The notes below the pieces were generated by a model, which did no database searches, was not told the origin of the DNA, and was given only the letters and a program-made list of their open reading frames with translations. Below, in pieces: positions 1-11,173 of a stretch of 64,000 nucleotides of DNA (positions are counted from its first letter, which is position 1; the number at the start of each line of letters is the position of its first letter). The stretch spans positions 186,001-250,000 of the forward strand of contig CDMY01000477.1 in NCBI GenBank assembly GCA_001179505.1, written 5' to 3'. The stretch is from Vitrella brassicaformis CCMP3155 (Eukaryota > Protista > Chromerida). A program made the translations under genes and the position numbers.

Positions 1-323
1 TTCTTCCATGTCCATCTGTGGTTCGGTTGGTCGGTAATCGCAATTTTTTCGTGCTGTATGGTGCGTGCGTGAGGGTTTTTCAGAGGCAGGCGGACCGTCA
101 GATGGTTCGTTCGTGTGCGCCTATTGCTGATGCCGTTCGTTGAGGGTGTGTGTTGCGTGAGTGTTCATAGCCATGACGCGGACACGTACGTTCCAAACGA
201 GTCCGTCGAATAAGTCTCACTCACAGCAGTCTTCTGCATTGCCACCCAAGTGTTGCCAGCACCCATCAGCAAGGGACAGGCATGGCTAGGAGCCTGCCAA
301 CCATGCCCGAGCCTGCCTGACAG

Positions 324-427
324 GTCTGCCCTGCTGTCGTTTTTCTTGGCAATGTCGATGAACGGCTGCAACTCGAGTGCTTCGATTTGCAGCCATTCAT
401 TGACATGGCCAAGAAGAACGACAGCAG
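324..427 (+). other. Putative exon almost entirely occupied by a 99-nt inverted-repeat hairpin (330-428)
   Basis: Acceptor-like GACAG ends at 323 and donor GTGGGT starts at 428. The following 428-980 interval has the local intron style (CA-rich, then GT-rich, ending TTCTGTAG). Arms 331-371 and 387-427 are reverse complements with 2 G-U pairs and 2 mismatches. Product not recognised; the exon may be non-coding. Confidence 0.5.
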
Positions 428-1409
428 GTGGGTATGTGGATGACGCCACACACACAGCAGGCACAGCAGACCAAGCAAGGAGTTCAAACCACCAAGTGAC
501 ACAGCAGACAGTGCCGGGGCGGTCAAAGCGAGGCAACACACACACACACACACACACAGGAAAAAGCCGAATCTGCTCGGTCTGTCACACACGCCTCCAT
601 ACTTGCGAGGTCAGCAATCGTTGCTGCCTGGCTTGCTCCCCCGCACCACGCACAAAGTGACCGACACACGTGCACACACACAGGGGAGTGTGTGTGTCAC
701 ACAGCCTTAGTCGAGTCAGTCGTCAAAATGAAAAATCTGTTTCGCATATTCGCACACAGACACGTAGGTACGTACGCACAGCAATAAGGCCAATTAAGGT
801 ATGCAGAGGTCGGCGGCTGTGTGGGTGTGTGGGTGTGTGGGTATGTGGGCGAGAGGCGCGCTGCCTGCCTCTCGTATGGAAGGGCAACCGACAGGCATGT
901 GTGTGGGTGTGTGTGTCTGTGTCTACCTACGTGTGTGCTGCGGCCTGCCGGAGGGCCTCGCCGCTGACGCACTTCTGTAGGTGTCACTCACGATAGGCAG
1001 CCAGATCAGTGGGGAGTGATCCGTACCAGATGTGAGCGACTCCAAGAGTACGTCACCGGAGGGGCCCTCCTGTGTGTGGCTGTGACCTCTGTCTGGATGG
1101 AAAATCGATCGAGGCAGACAAGGCAGACAGACAGGCAGTAGTGGGAAGCCTTACTTACGGTAGCGGACTATCGACAGGAAAAAACCCTCTCTCTCACATA
1201 ATATGCCCAGACTCAACGAACGGCCAAAAACACCCGACATGTTTGCCCACCTACCCCTCCCCCTCCTTCCTCTCCCTCTCCGCTCGCTGGTAAGGACACT
1301 CGTCCTTTCGGTATAGCACACGCAAAAAACACACGAACGCACGCACAGTCACGCAATGAAGTCAACGCACTTGTCTCTGGGCCATGCCATCCCTGTCAGT
1401 CAGGGTCAG

Positions 1410-1820
1410 TCAGAACATGGGTATGGCCCATGCCGAGTTGCAGTTGAGCAGGCCGCCGGCGAAGAAGGCCACGATGAAGGACAGCACCAGTCCGGACGCT
1501 GATGGAGTCTGGGAGGACGGATGGGGCATGGAGATCTGGCAAGGCTGGATCTCTGCGGGAGCTGGTGGCGGAGATGACACAGCCTGAAACCCCACCAGCA
1601 ACGCAAGACACAGATTCACACACACGGATGGCAAGATCTGTGCATCGAGATCGTGATGCCTCCTCACCTTTTCTGCGTCAGAATCGTCTCCTGCCGTCCG
1701 CTTGGTCATGACGTCTCGGATAGTGAGCTCGACGGTGAGGACGAGCAGCGCGGTGGCCAGAAGGATGATGGCGCAGTGGCTGGCGATAAACAAGACCCGC
1801 ACATGAGGCTTGCTGGTCAT
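1410..1820 (-). CDS. Small hypothetical membrane protein, two hydrophobic segments, 2 exons
   Basis: MTSKPHVRVLFIASHCAIILLATALLVLTVEL...DAEK, then a GTGAGG...TTTCAG intron, then AVSSPPP...GLVLSFIVAFFAGGLL...MF*. No family recognised. Confidence 0.4.
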   Translation of the reverse strand: MTSKPHVRVLFIASHCAIILLATALLVLTVELTIRDVMTKRTAGDDSDAEKVRRHHDLDAQILPSVCVNLCLALLVGFQAVSSPPPAPAEIQPCQISMPHPSSQTPSASGLVLSFIVAFFAGGLLNCNSAWAIPMF

Positions 1821-2896
1821 AGGGGGGAGGGAGGCAGGGAGAGAGGGAGTGGGAGAAGGGAACGGCAGCAAGGAACGGCAGCGAACGAAAAGGAAAGAAA
1901 GAGTCTTGAAAGATGCGCTGCCGATCACTGCCGTCCACCTCCCTGCGCTCGGCTCGCTCCGCCTCGAAACCCCTGACCCCAAACCCTGGACCCTAGTGCT
2001 TTCTGGCCGGAGGGGATTTCACTCATCGCGAATGTCAAGCACTTCCCGTCCACCATCCGAAACAGACCTCCCTTCCTACCCCGTCCTTCTGTTTGTCATG
2101 TCTGTGGTGTGTACAACTAGATGAGTGCATGTGTTCTGAGCATACTTGAGCATCGCTTCGTGCACGGATACTCTCTTGCCGTCGGCCAGCGGAGTGTTCG
2201 TCACAACCAATGGATACGGCTGAGTCTCTGAGTCTGACTTCGCCGCCGACCACTTCCGCCAGCCGAATGTCTCTGCCTCTCGGGCCCAAGCAAGACACAC
2301 CATGTGAGAAGAGACATCAGCTTGAGGATCACAGACATGGATATAAAATGCAGGCAGCGATGGCTCTCCGAACCACCACGCGTAGCTGAAGGGCGTGTTT
2401 CTCGATGTGCTCTTCAACTCGCGCTTGCACTGATAGCACCAAATCTCTCGCAGCAGGCTGTCCACTTGCGAACACCATCATCACGTACCTCAAGCCTTTC
2501 CACGCATGTCGTGTCTATCACCGACGGGCAAGTTCATCAGTGCCTGGCAGGCCAACACCACCAAACCTGCGCGTACAAAACAAAGATCATGAACAAATGC
2601 GGCTGCGGTTGTGGCTGCGTACTCTTGGGTCTTCCGGCGGCAGGCGTCCTGTGCGCTCGACTGGACCCCTCTTGTTGTCCGGCGTCCACCGAATGGATCA
2701 GGATGTTGCTGAGTTGGATCTGAGGATGTTGGCCGGCAGGCCCGTCAGCTTGATGCCCGACGCATCAAAGCGAGAGCCGAGGCTTTGGATGTACCAGTCG
2801 CGACCGTTGAGCCGCGTCGCTGCCTGGGCGCACGCATCCTCGAGGCTCCCTGTTTGACTGTTGTACTCGGTCGAGTATTTGCCTCGCGTAAGGTCG

Positions 2897-5375
2897 TCAT
2901 CGGGGGCGGTCAAAACACTGCACGCAGCCCACACACGTGAATGCAGACATCCACGCAGCCTTTGTCTATGAAAGAATTTGTGTGTGCTCAGCTCACCGGC
3001 ACGATGATGTCTCTGACCGACTTTGGCCACCAGTTTGGCAAAAGTGGAGTTCCGCCTTGCATGATGGTGTCGCCTATAAAACGATCACTCCGAGACTCCG
3101 GCCACACCGTCCCTCCGAATATTTCAATGAGGCAGCACCCTGGATGACATTCAATCACAATACATGGCTGATGTGGGAGCTCGTCTATGAATGGCCCGTG
3201 CTCTTGAGCACTAACCGAGAGACCAGATATCCACCGCGTCGCTGAGTGGCTGATGGGCGAGGGCCTCTCTAAGCTGGTACCGCCGCCAGCGTCCTCTAGT
3301 TCCACATAGCCGTCCCGCTGACACCACAAATAATGTAGCACCCGACACACATACAAGGAGACATACATGAAATGTCCAGTACTGCAGCTGGCACCATCAT
3401 CACGTACCTCAAGCCTTTCGCATGTCCCTAGGTCAGCCAACTTGAGCTCGAGATCAGCCCGACGTATTAGAACGTTCTAATAACAGGCAGGTAGGCAGGC
3501 AGGCAGCCAGGCATCTTTCTAGTTGACAGGAAGCTTTTTGTTTGTACTCACCTGCGGCTTGACGTCTCTGTGTATGAAACCGCAGGCATGCACATGGCCC
3601 ACTGCACCAACCTGCGTACACCAAACAACACGCCATTGAATGGCATCAATATCTGTGTCATACCAGCTGCTCTGCCCAAGTGAGTCTTTGTTGAGCCGTC
3701 GGCCGTTCTCGCAGGCAACTCGACAGGACATCTGTAAGAAGACATCTCCGTGCACAAGACTACAGCAACTGTTCTTTCATCTGCTGTCTTTCTAGCTGAC
3801 CCCCTTCAATGAGCTCCAACACGATGCAGTGGTGGGGAATCCTCGCGTTGGCCTCCCTTGCTTCTCGATTGCCCCTGTGCCGGCAGACTCCATGACATTG
3901 CAGGATGGACTGGTGTTGAATATAACTACACAGAGCCACCAAGGGCCAACACACCGAAACACACAAGAGTCACTTGGTCTTGCGGCCTTCTCGTGGACAC
4001 GTATGTCAACACACTTGCCTGTACGCTCTGACTTCTCGCTCGAAGTTCAATACCTCCCATCTTGACGGCCTCATCCCTGCAGGCAGCCAACAAGATAATG
4101 TGATCAAGCCATGCTGAGATACGCCGCTTCCCACCTGTCTGCAGTGACAGCAACATCGACTTGATGGCGACCCGCGTCTGGCCCAGCCGTCCCTCTTCCA
4201 CCTGTATCACACATTCGATTCCACACCATGACAAGGACATCGACTCACCACACATTCGATTCCACACATTCGATCACACATTCGTCTCACCAAGCCGAAG
4301 GTCCCACTCCCCAGGGCTGGCCGTCTATCCTCCCAGTCCAAATCTGCACACACCAGGAAAGGGACACACAGAAGAAGGGACACACACAATGAACACGGAG
4401 ACATCAATTTCTGCTGGCATACAAGTCTGTCTTACCGCTGAAGTCGATTCGTTCCAAGAAGATCGGCCCCTGTCCGGCTGATGGCCCTCTGCGGCGGCCA
4501 TGGTTGCTTGGGCTCGCGGCCCGCCGCAGCAGCAACGCCGTGGGATCCAGGTCCTGCCAGACTTCTTCTTCGAAGTCGTCATTGACTTCCTGGTCCATTG
4601 GCAGCTCAATGATGGCTTGCCGGCGCTGTACAATCCACCTACGCAGCGCCTCGATGGCGTCCCGGACAAGTTCTGCCGGGGCCGGGGCGAGCGGGGTGGG
4701 TAGGGGTGGGAGCGGTGCAGCCTGATCCTCGGGTGGGTAGGGTGGAGGGTGCAGGTGGTGGTGCTGTGGCTGCTGTGGCTGCTGTGGCTGCTGTGGCTGC
4801 TGTGGCTGCTGTGGCTGCTGTGGCTGCTGTGGCTGCTGCTGATTCCGGCGTTGCTGCTCCAGTGTGTCGGCATGGTTCTGGCTGTGAGGCGGTGGTTGCT
4901 GTGCGATGGGCGGCGGGGCAATGGGTGCAGGTGGTGCCTCTTGGTGGATGTCCATCTCCTGCTCTCGCTCGTCAGACGGCGGCGCAGCCAGTGGCGGGGG
5001 CATCATGAGAATGGCCTGTGCAGCGGGCTGCAGCTGCTGCAGCTGAGCCATGTCACGGTCCCGCAGGGCGGCGAGGTATCTGGCGAGGGACCCGATGTGG
5101 TCGGCGTGCCTGGCGGGCTCCGCGCCCAGCACGTCGAGGGCGTCGGACACCCGGCGCATCTCCTCTTGCTCCTCGGCGGTGCGCTCCTGTTGTGGTGGGG
5201 GTGGTGGCTCCTGCTGCTGCTCTTGGTGGTCGGTTGGAAGGCGGTTCTCATCGTCGTTCTGCAGCTGATGTGGTGCCTCTTGATGCTGCTGCTGCGCCGC
5301 CATGCTGGTATCCTCGCCTCTCACGGGCTGCTCCTCTTGCTGCTGCTGGTCTCGCTTGTCCTCTAGTACGGCCAC
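2897..5375 (-). pseudogene. Ser/Thr (TKL-like) protein kinase with a long Gln/Pro-rich N-terminus; apparently disrupted
   Basis: Kinase motifs in order across exons: LGSGTFGLV (about 4270-4300), RVAIK (about 4160), HACGFIHRDVKPQ/NVLIRR...KLADLG (3600-3430), DIWSLG/CCLIEI (3230-3130), CF..RP.ARQIL (about 2900). A frame switch near 3276-3281 and an in-frame TGA at 2897-2899 suggest decay. The N-terminal ORF is 4404-5375. Confidence 0.65.
4763..4834 (-). repeat. 9-bp tandem repeat, 8 units, encoding a (QQP)n tract in the kinase N-terminus
   Basis: GCTGTGGCT x8 read directly on the + strand. Confidence 0.9.
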
Positions 5376-7063
5376 AGGAAGAGGGGCAGCTCTGCTTGAC
5401 GCTCCTGCCCCTGCTGCCGCTCCTGCTGCTGCTGATGCTCGCCCGTGCCATTCGGTAAATGGGTTGCCGGTTCTGGTGCAGGTGCCTCATCCACCTCCAC
5501 CTCCCTGGAGCCCGCTCCCTCTCCCTGTCCGCCTCCCTCCCTCTCGATCTCCATCTCATGGGCGTGCTGCTGTTCCTCCTGCTGGAATGCGACAGGGAAT
5601 GAGGGACACAAAACCGATTAAATAGATCGACATCGGCAGTTTACGGCGGCCACGTTTGCTGACAGACAAGAGACAGAGACAGCAAGGAGGAGATGAATCG
5701 AGGAGCCAATTCATCAGCTAATGTCTTACCGAGCGAGCAATATGCATTCACAACTTCCCAAACAAGGCTGCTGCCCAGGGGCGTTTGGTGCGTGGAGGGT
5801 CAGTGGTCTGTCTCGCCTTCGCATTCTGTCCCCTCAGCAGCAACCGGCCGCTCGCAACACCCAAAGGGGCAAGTCAAGAACTGGAGCGAGCTGGCATGGA
5901 CGAGAGCTCGGAAAGATGGTCATCGCAAAGTACAAAGACGTTCGCCCTGGGCAGACGATAATTGGGGCCTGAAGCAAAGGCAGATGGACATATTCTGCAG
6001 CCCTCACCCTTCACGTCTAGTGTATTACCTCCGTCTGCGAGAGGTGCGTGGTCCCATGCCCCATCACCATCGGTTGGGACAAACTCTAGGCCCTGAATGC
6101 ATCAATCGCGTGCGTCGATATCCCGTGAGCCTTCATTGCAGCGTGCCATCAGAGAGAAGATACACGCCCGCTTGTGGGCTCTGACGAACAGGGCTCTGAC
6201 GAACAGGGCAGAGAGAGAGGTCCACTGTGTGGCTGATATCGCTTGCTCACTGTTGGCGTATACACTTACCGCTGCCGTCCGTCATTACGAGCTGTGTTAC
6301 AGCCTTTATATGCGGCATACAGTAACCATACAGAAAGCAGCCAGCTGCTACTTGGATTGCCCGTGAGTCAGTTGCACTTACCTCTTGGTCTATGTGAATA
6401 TACCAGAGGTCAGGGACGACAGTTGAGCATGGACGGCCATTCACCATCTCGTTCTTGGTGGTGGCAGTGGCTGCAGGCCATCCCGACACGTAAAACAGGT
6501 GGACGCCGGGCCTCAAGATGTGCAGCTGGTGGATGGCGGCCAGGGCGACTGAAACGGCTTGCTTGCGGCAGGGGGAAGGGTGTTGTCAAGCTTTCCGCAG
6601 GTGTGGCTCTGGATCAAGCGGTGCCCTTGCCACTGGTCTCCCGACTCGCTTTGGCCGAGTTGAGCTCCTTCAGGTTCGCGGCGGCGGCAAGGAGCGACCA
6701 GTAAGCCTAGTTCCTTGTGATATTCGGCCAGCTTGTAGAGAGCATGATAGAGATAGCAAGGGGGGGTTGACGCGGGGAGCAGAAAGCGCAACAAATCTGC
6801 GGTCAAGACACGATTTAGGGTTTGCGGGGTTTGTCGTGTCTCACGTCGAGAAATCGCTCTTGGAAACCAAATACACAGCAGGAGGGTGGCTGATAGGGCA
6901 CGGCGAGCAAAGGAAGGACTTGGACCAATGACACATTTATGGGTGTACGTGTATTCGAGTGCGACCGCCTCTCTGCATTTCGCGATGGTAGAGAGTTTGT
7001 CATGTATGGATCCATCCATCCCCAATGGCGTCCATCTCACAATGAAATGTCTCAAGCAACGAA

Positions 7064-9019
7064 TCAAGCAGTCTCTTGGCTACCCTCGTCGGTGTCTGTC
7101 TGCCCCGTCTGTTCCTCTCTCTTTTCCTCCTCCTCCTCATCATCATCAGTCGGCTCCTCTGTCTCTTGGATGGTCTCGCCGGGCTGTGCGGTGTCGTCTT
7201 GGTCCTTGGGAGCGATGAAGTCCGTCGACACGTCACAATCCTGCACAATCAAATCAATGCACACACACATATGTACAGATGGATAAACGCGTGGATGTGC
7301 CCACGGATGCGGACCTGCACGCAGACGCCATCGTATGCCTCGGAGCCTGAAAGGACACACACACAGAGAGAGAAAGACAACAAATGCACAAGCCATTTTC
7401 ATGCCCAAAGGTATGTGTGGCTGACTGGCTGTCCGCCTGACCGACCTGATTTGACTTCGACGACGTCGATGAGGAAGTTGCGCCGGTTGTACTTGATGAC
7501 GATGGTGCTGCCCGCCGTCAGACTGCTGTAGTGCCGCAACTCACGCTCCAACACCGCCTGTGTGATGCAGACATTCATCCCATCGCACCAATGAACGGAA
7601 AAATCGCACACGTGTGTGTGTGTCGGTGACCTGATGGTTTGACATTTTGAGGAAGGCCGAGTTGTGTGGCTGGAAGGTGACCGTCGTGCCCTCAGGCAGA
7701 CGCACAAACTCGCAATACAGCAGGTCTCGCGGCCTACCAGGCACACCACACCCACAACACACCCACGTGCCACCTGTGTTGTGTGATGTGTGATGTGTCT
7801 GTGTATCCATCCAATCCACCCATATACATGAGGTTGAGTGCGGCCATCATCCAATCGGGCACAAAGACGAAGTTCTCTGGCGCCCGGAAGTCGAGCGTGC
7901 TGCAGTAGACGCGCTTCAGGCCCGACTTGTAGTACCTCTGCCGGCCACCTGCCAACCAACACACACACACAAACAAAGCCATGGATGACGCCACCGAACA
8001 CCCTGACCCTCACTCACACACCTATTCTGTCGCCGTCTCCCTCTGTGTCGCTGTCAGTGGTCTTGCTGGTGGTGGTGCTGGTGGTGGTGGTTGCGGTGCC
8101 GCCCCAGACCTTCTCCAGCTCCTTCCGGTCGATCTTCTCCAGCACAAACTGCCAGGGGATCTCCAGGTTCCTCTCCAGCAACTGCAGCCAGCCACAGGTA
8201 GAGGAAGGAGGGCGTGTGTGCGTGCCTCGACCCACACCGCCCCTGCCCACCCACACATCCGTCCGTCCACCTGTGTGCTGATGGTCCTTGGGAAGGACAC
8301 TTTGTCGCCATACATGACGTGGTCGTGCGAGAAGTGACCTGCACACGCACGCGCACACACACACACACACACACATATATGCAGGGAGGGAGGGAGGGAG
8401 GGAGGGAGGTGGCCGTGATGCATGCATCCATCCATCCATCCATCCAACCAACCAACCTGGAGGAGGGTTGAATTTCTCCGAGATTGGCATGACGGTTAGG
8501 AAGCGGCCATGCCGCCCCTCGGCCTTCTCGAGGATGTTGATGTCCTCCACCAACTGCTCCTCCTGACATATACAGACACACAGACACACAGACACACACA
8601 CACACATTGCTTGTGATCTTGTGTCCCCGTTCGATTCGCCCACCCTTGATCTCTCCAGTGCACTGCTGAAGTGATTCGATACAGCCGTGTGTTGCGATGG
8701 CGATTCCATCGATGCCATCGCAAGTGACCTTCTGCTGCGCCGCCATGGCCATGACGGACCTGTGTGCAGATGAGATGAATGCCAACAGAAGATCCATTGC
8801 CTGCAGCCAGCCCATGTAGTGTAGACAAACACAGCGCGTACCTCGCTCCCTCTGCGGCAGCCGCCCTTGCGCATGCTCAACAGCAGCAAACAGCAGCATC
8901 AGGGTGCTGAGGATGGCCCGTCTGCCCGTCCTGATGAGTCGATGGGTGGAGATCTCGGCTCCTTCAGGTGCGCACGGCGCATCCGTCTTCTGTTGCATCC
9001 GTTCTGGCTCCATCCCCAT
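7064..9019 (-). CDS. UFD1: Ubiquitin fusion degradation protein 1 (Ufd1) homolog with an N-terminal leader; candidate plastid ERAD-like (SELMA) Ufd1; multi-exon
   Basis: Ufd1-like blocks: GDKVSFP, VYCSTLDFRAPENFVFVPDWMMAALNL, FVRLPEGTTVTFQP, AVLERELRHYSSLTAGSTIVIKYN, DCDVSTDFIAP, then an acidic tail. The leader has a hydrophobic stretch (ILSTLMLLFAAVEHAQG) followed by an R/S-rich segment. Confidence 0.85.
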
Positions 9020-9178
9020 CGCGACCCGGTTCTCTCGAGCTAAGCTAGCAGAGGCGCGATGGAAAAGTGAAAGCTGATCTGCGGCGCAGCGGAATCAGGC
9101 CGCAGAGGCGACGGAATGCTGGCCCAGTGGAGGAGGACAAAAGAGGTTGTAGCAAGACGGGACTTAAACCGAACGCCA

Positions 9179-9251
9179 GACTACGTGGCCTAATGGATAA
9201 GGCGTCCGGCTTCGGACCGGGAGATTGCAGGTTCGAGTCCTGTCGTGGTCG
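9179..9251 (+). tRNA. trnR-UCG: tRNA-Arg, anticodon UCG
   Basis: Acceptor stem GACTACG/CGTGGTC, D-arm TGGCCTAATGGATAAGGC, anticodon loop CTTCGGA, T-loop GGTTCGAGTCC. Confidence 0.97.
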
Positions 9252-9823
9252 TTTACACTTTGTGGGCTTCCGGGGTTGCCAATACCTATCGGCAGTGCGA
9301 AAACGTGCCTTCTGATTTGGTTACATATTTCTTCCTGAGGCAACAGACGGAGTATTATACAGCTAAGCTGTACAGTCACATTCATATGCGTCACACAGCC
9401 GCAGGCAAGTCATGTAGTCAATGCACGCCAAGATGTAAGGCAGCTGGCAACCAGGCGTGCCCACTGCGCTCATCATTTTGGTACGCCTCAGCAGACTGAT
9501 GCGTCCCAAGACGACGAGAGCAGTAGGGAAGCCATGGCACGCCATATGCCGTTCCAATGCGATTCACATCTTCCTGCTGCACGCACAACTGTGGGTGTCC
9601 GCTGACACTGAAACCATATACACACGTGTTTCTTTCCCTCTCTGTCTGTCTGCCTGTCTGGACGAAGGAGCGTTCACTCTGCAGTGCCCGACAGGGGGAA
9701 ACAGCACACGCTGAGGGAGCGTTCTCCCACGGACGACACTCATTCACGCAAAAACTGTCTGCACACACCCGTTCGTACGGCCCTGCCTTACCCTGCCCCG
9801 CCCGCATCGACAGTCATCGGCCG

Positions 9824-10371
9824 TCACTTCTGTTTGGCCTTGTCCCTCTTCCGGAAGGACTCCTTGATCATCAGATACCCATACAGCATCGCCACAAGAC
9901 CTGCACGCACACACACACACACACACAAGCACAAGCACACACGCACACAGAGGCAGACAAGTGCCCAGGACCCACATACACACTCCGACACCGATACTTG
10001 TCGTGTGTATGTGCATGTGTGTGATTGCCTGGCTGCCTACCCATGAGTGTGACGCCTGCAAACACGGGCAGTATGATGGCGTACTCGCGGGGCGGGAACA
10101 GCCGCTGGATGGGGTTGTCGGACTCCAGGAAAGGCTGAAACCGGCCGACACAAAGGACACGCATCCACAGGCAAGTGCCATGGCCGTGCGTCTGTGCATC
10201 TGTATGTCTGCCTCCGCCATGCTGTGTACGGCGCCTCTCTCCACTGTCTGTCTGCTGTGTGCCGTGGATCCTCATGTCACTCACCGTGATGATGGTCCAC
10301 AGCGTGTAATACACAAATATCGCGCCAGAGAGCACCAAAAGCGCCGCTCCAACCACCTTTGTCGGCCGCAT
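9824..10371 (-). CDS. DPM2: Dolichol-phosphate mannosyltransferase regulatory subunit 2; 3 exons (10371-10285, 10134-10041, 9900-9824)
   Basis: Spliced product MRPTKVVGAALLVLSGAIFVYYTLWTIIT/PFLESDNPIQRLFPPREYAIILPVFAGVTLM/GLVAMLYGYLMIKESFRKRDKAKQK*. It has the DPM2-type YYT.W...PF....P....FPPREYAI motif and GT-AG introns. Confidence 0.9.
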
Positions 10372-10656
10372 CTCTCGCACACGCGAGCTTAGCTGCGAGC
10401 TTGGATGTGAAGAAGAGGAAGGAGTGTTTTTTGCGGTGTTTGGGCGCATGCGACACACGCAAGGCGCACACGAGTGACCAGTTCGGCGTGTGAAGCTCTT
10501 ACTCCGTCAGATCTGCCACAGACAGGTGAGCGGCCAATCCGTACGTGTGTGTGCGGGAGAGGGGGAGCCGGCGAGACACACACAGACGGTGTGTCCCTGT
10601 CTGTCCGTCTGTGTGTGATGTGTGTAGGTAACTACTGCGAGTCACTGGTGCGAGAG

Positions 10657-11138
10657 ATGGCCGACGAGTCATCGCTCCTGTCGCCGGGAGGCGGGCCGCT
10701 GCCGGACGAGTCACAGCTCATCGGACAGATTCTTCTACAGGTGAGTGAATGAGGGGACAGGGGGAGGGAGAAAGGTCGAAAGGGAGGGAGAGTTCGGAGG
10801 ATGTTGTGATGCACGTGCCTTCACGACTGCAGGACGAGGGCGATGACCGTCACGATGACGCAACGTTCGGGCCGCTCGAGCCAGCTGTCGAAACTGGTAC
10901 ACACATGGGGATTTGGCTGTTTCCATGGACTGGATGGATGTCCTCGTACGTCGTGCGTGTGTGTGTGTGATTGCAGCCGATGAGCACCAGGACGACAGCG
11001 ACACGCTGGGGATGGAGGGGCCATCCCACCACTGGGTGCAGCAGGCCGCACTCGGGAGATCCACCAGTGCGCCGCCTAGCGTGCTGGAACAGGTGAACAT
11101 ACACACACACGCACACGCATCCAATCAACACACCTGTG

Positions 11139-11173
<35 letters not shown>

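Noticed and set aside
2897-2899. Selenocysteine reading of the in-frame TGAs here and at 23326-23454
   Set aside because: The positions are not catalytic Cys sites, both loci also have frameshifts, and I saw no SECIS-like element.
3465-3482. Perfect 18-bp palindrome TATTAGAACGTTCTAATA over a kinase splice acceptor
   Set aside because: About 0.24 palindromes with 9-bp arms are expected by chance in 64 kb (64000/4^9), so it is not significant alone.
5693-7067. ORFs between the kinase and UFD1, including a 15-bp tandem duplication at 6176-6208
   Set aside because: No recognisable motif, no consistent splice chain or codon pattern; cannot be supported as genes.
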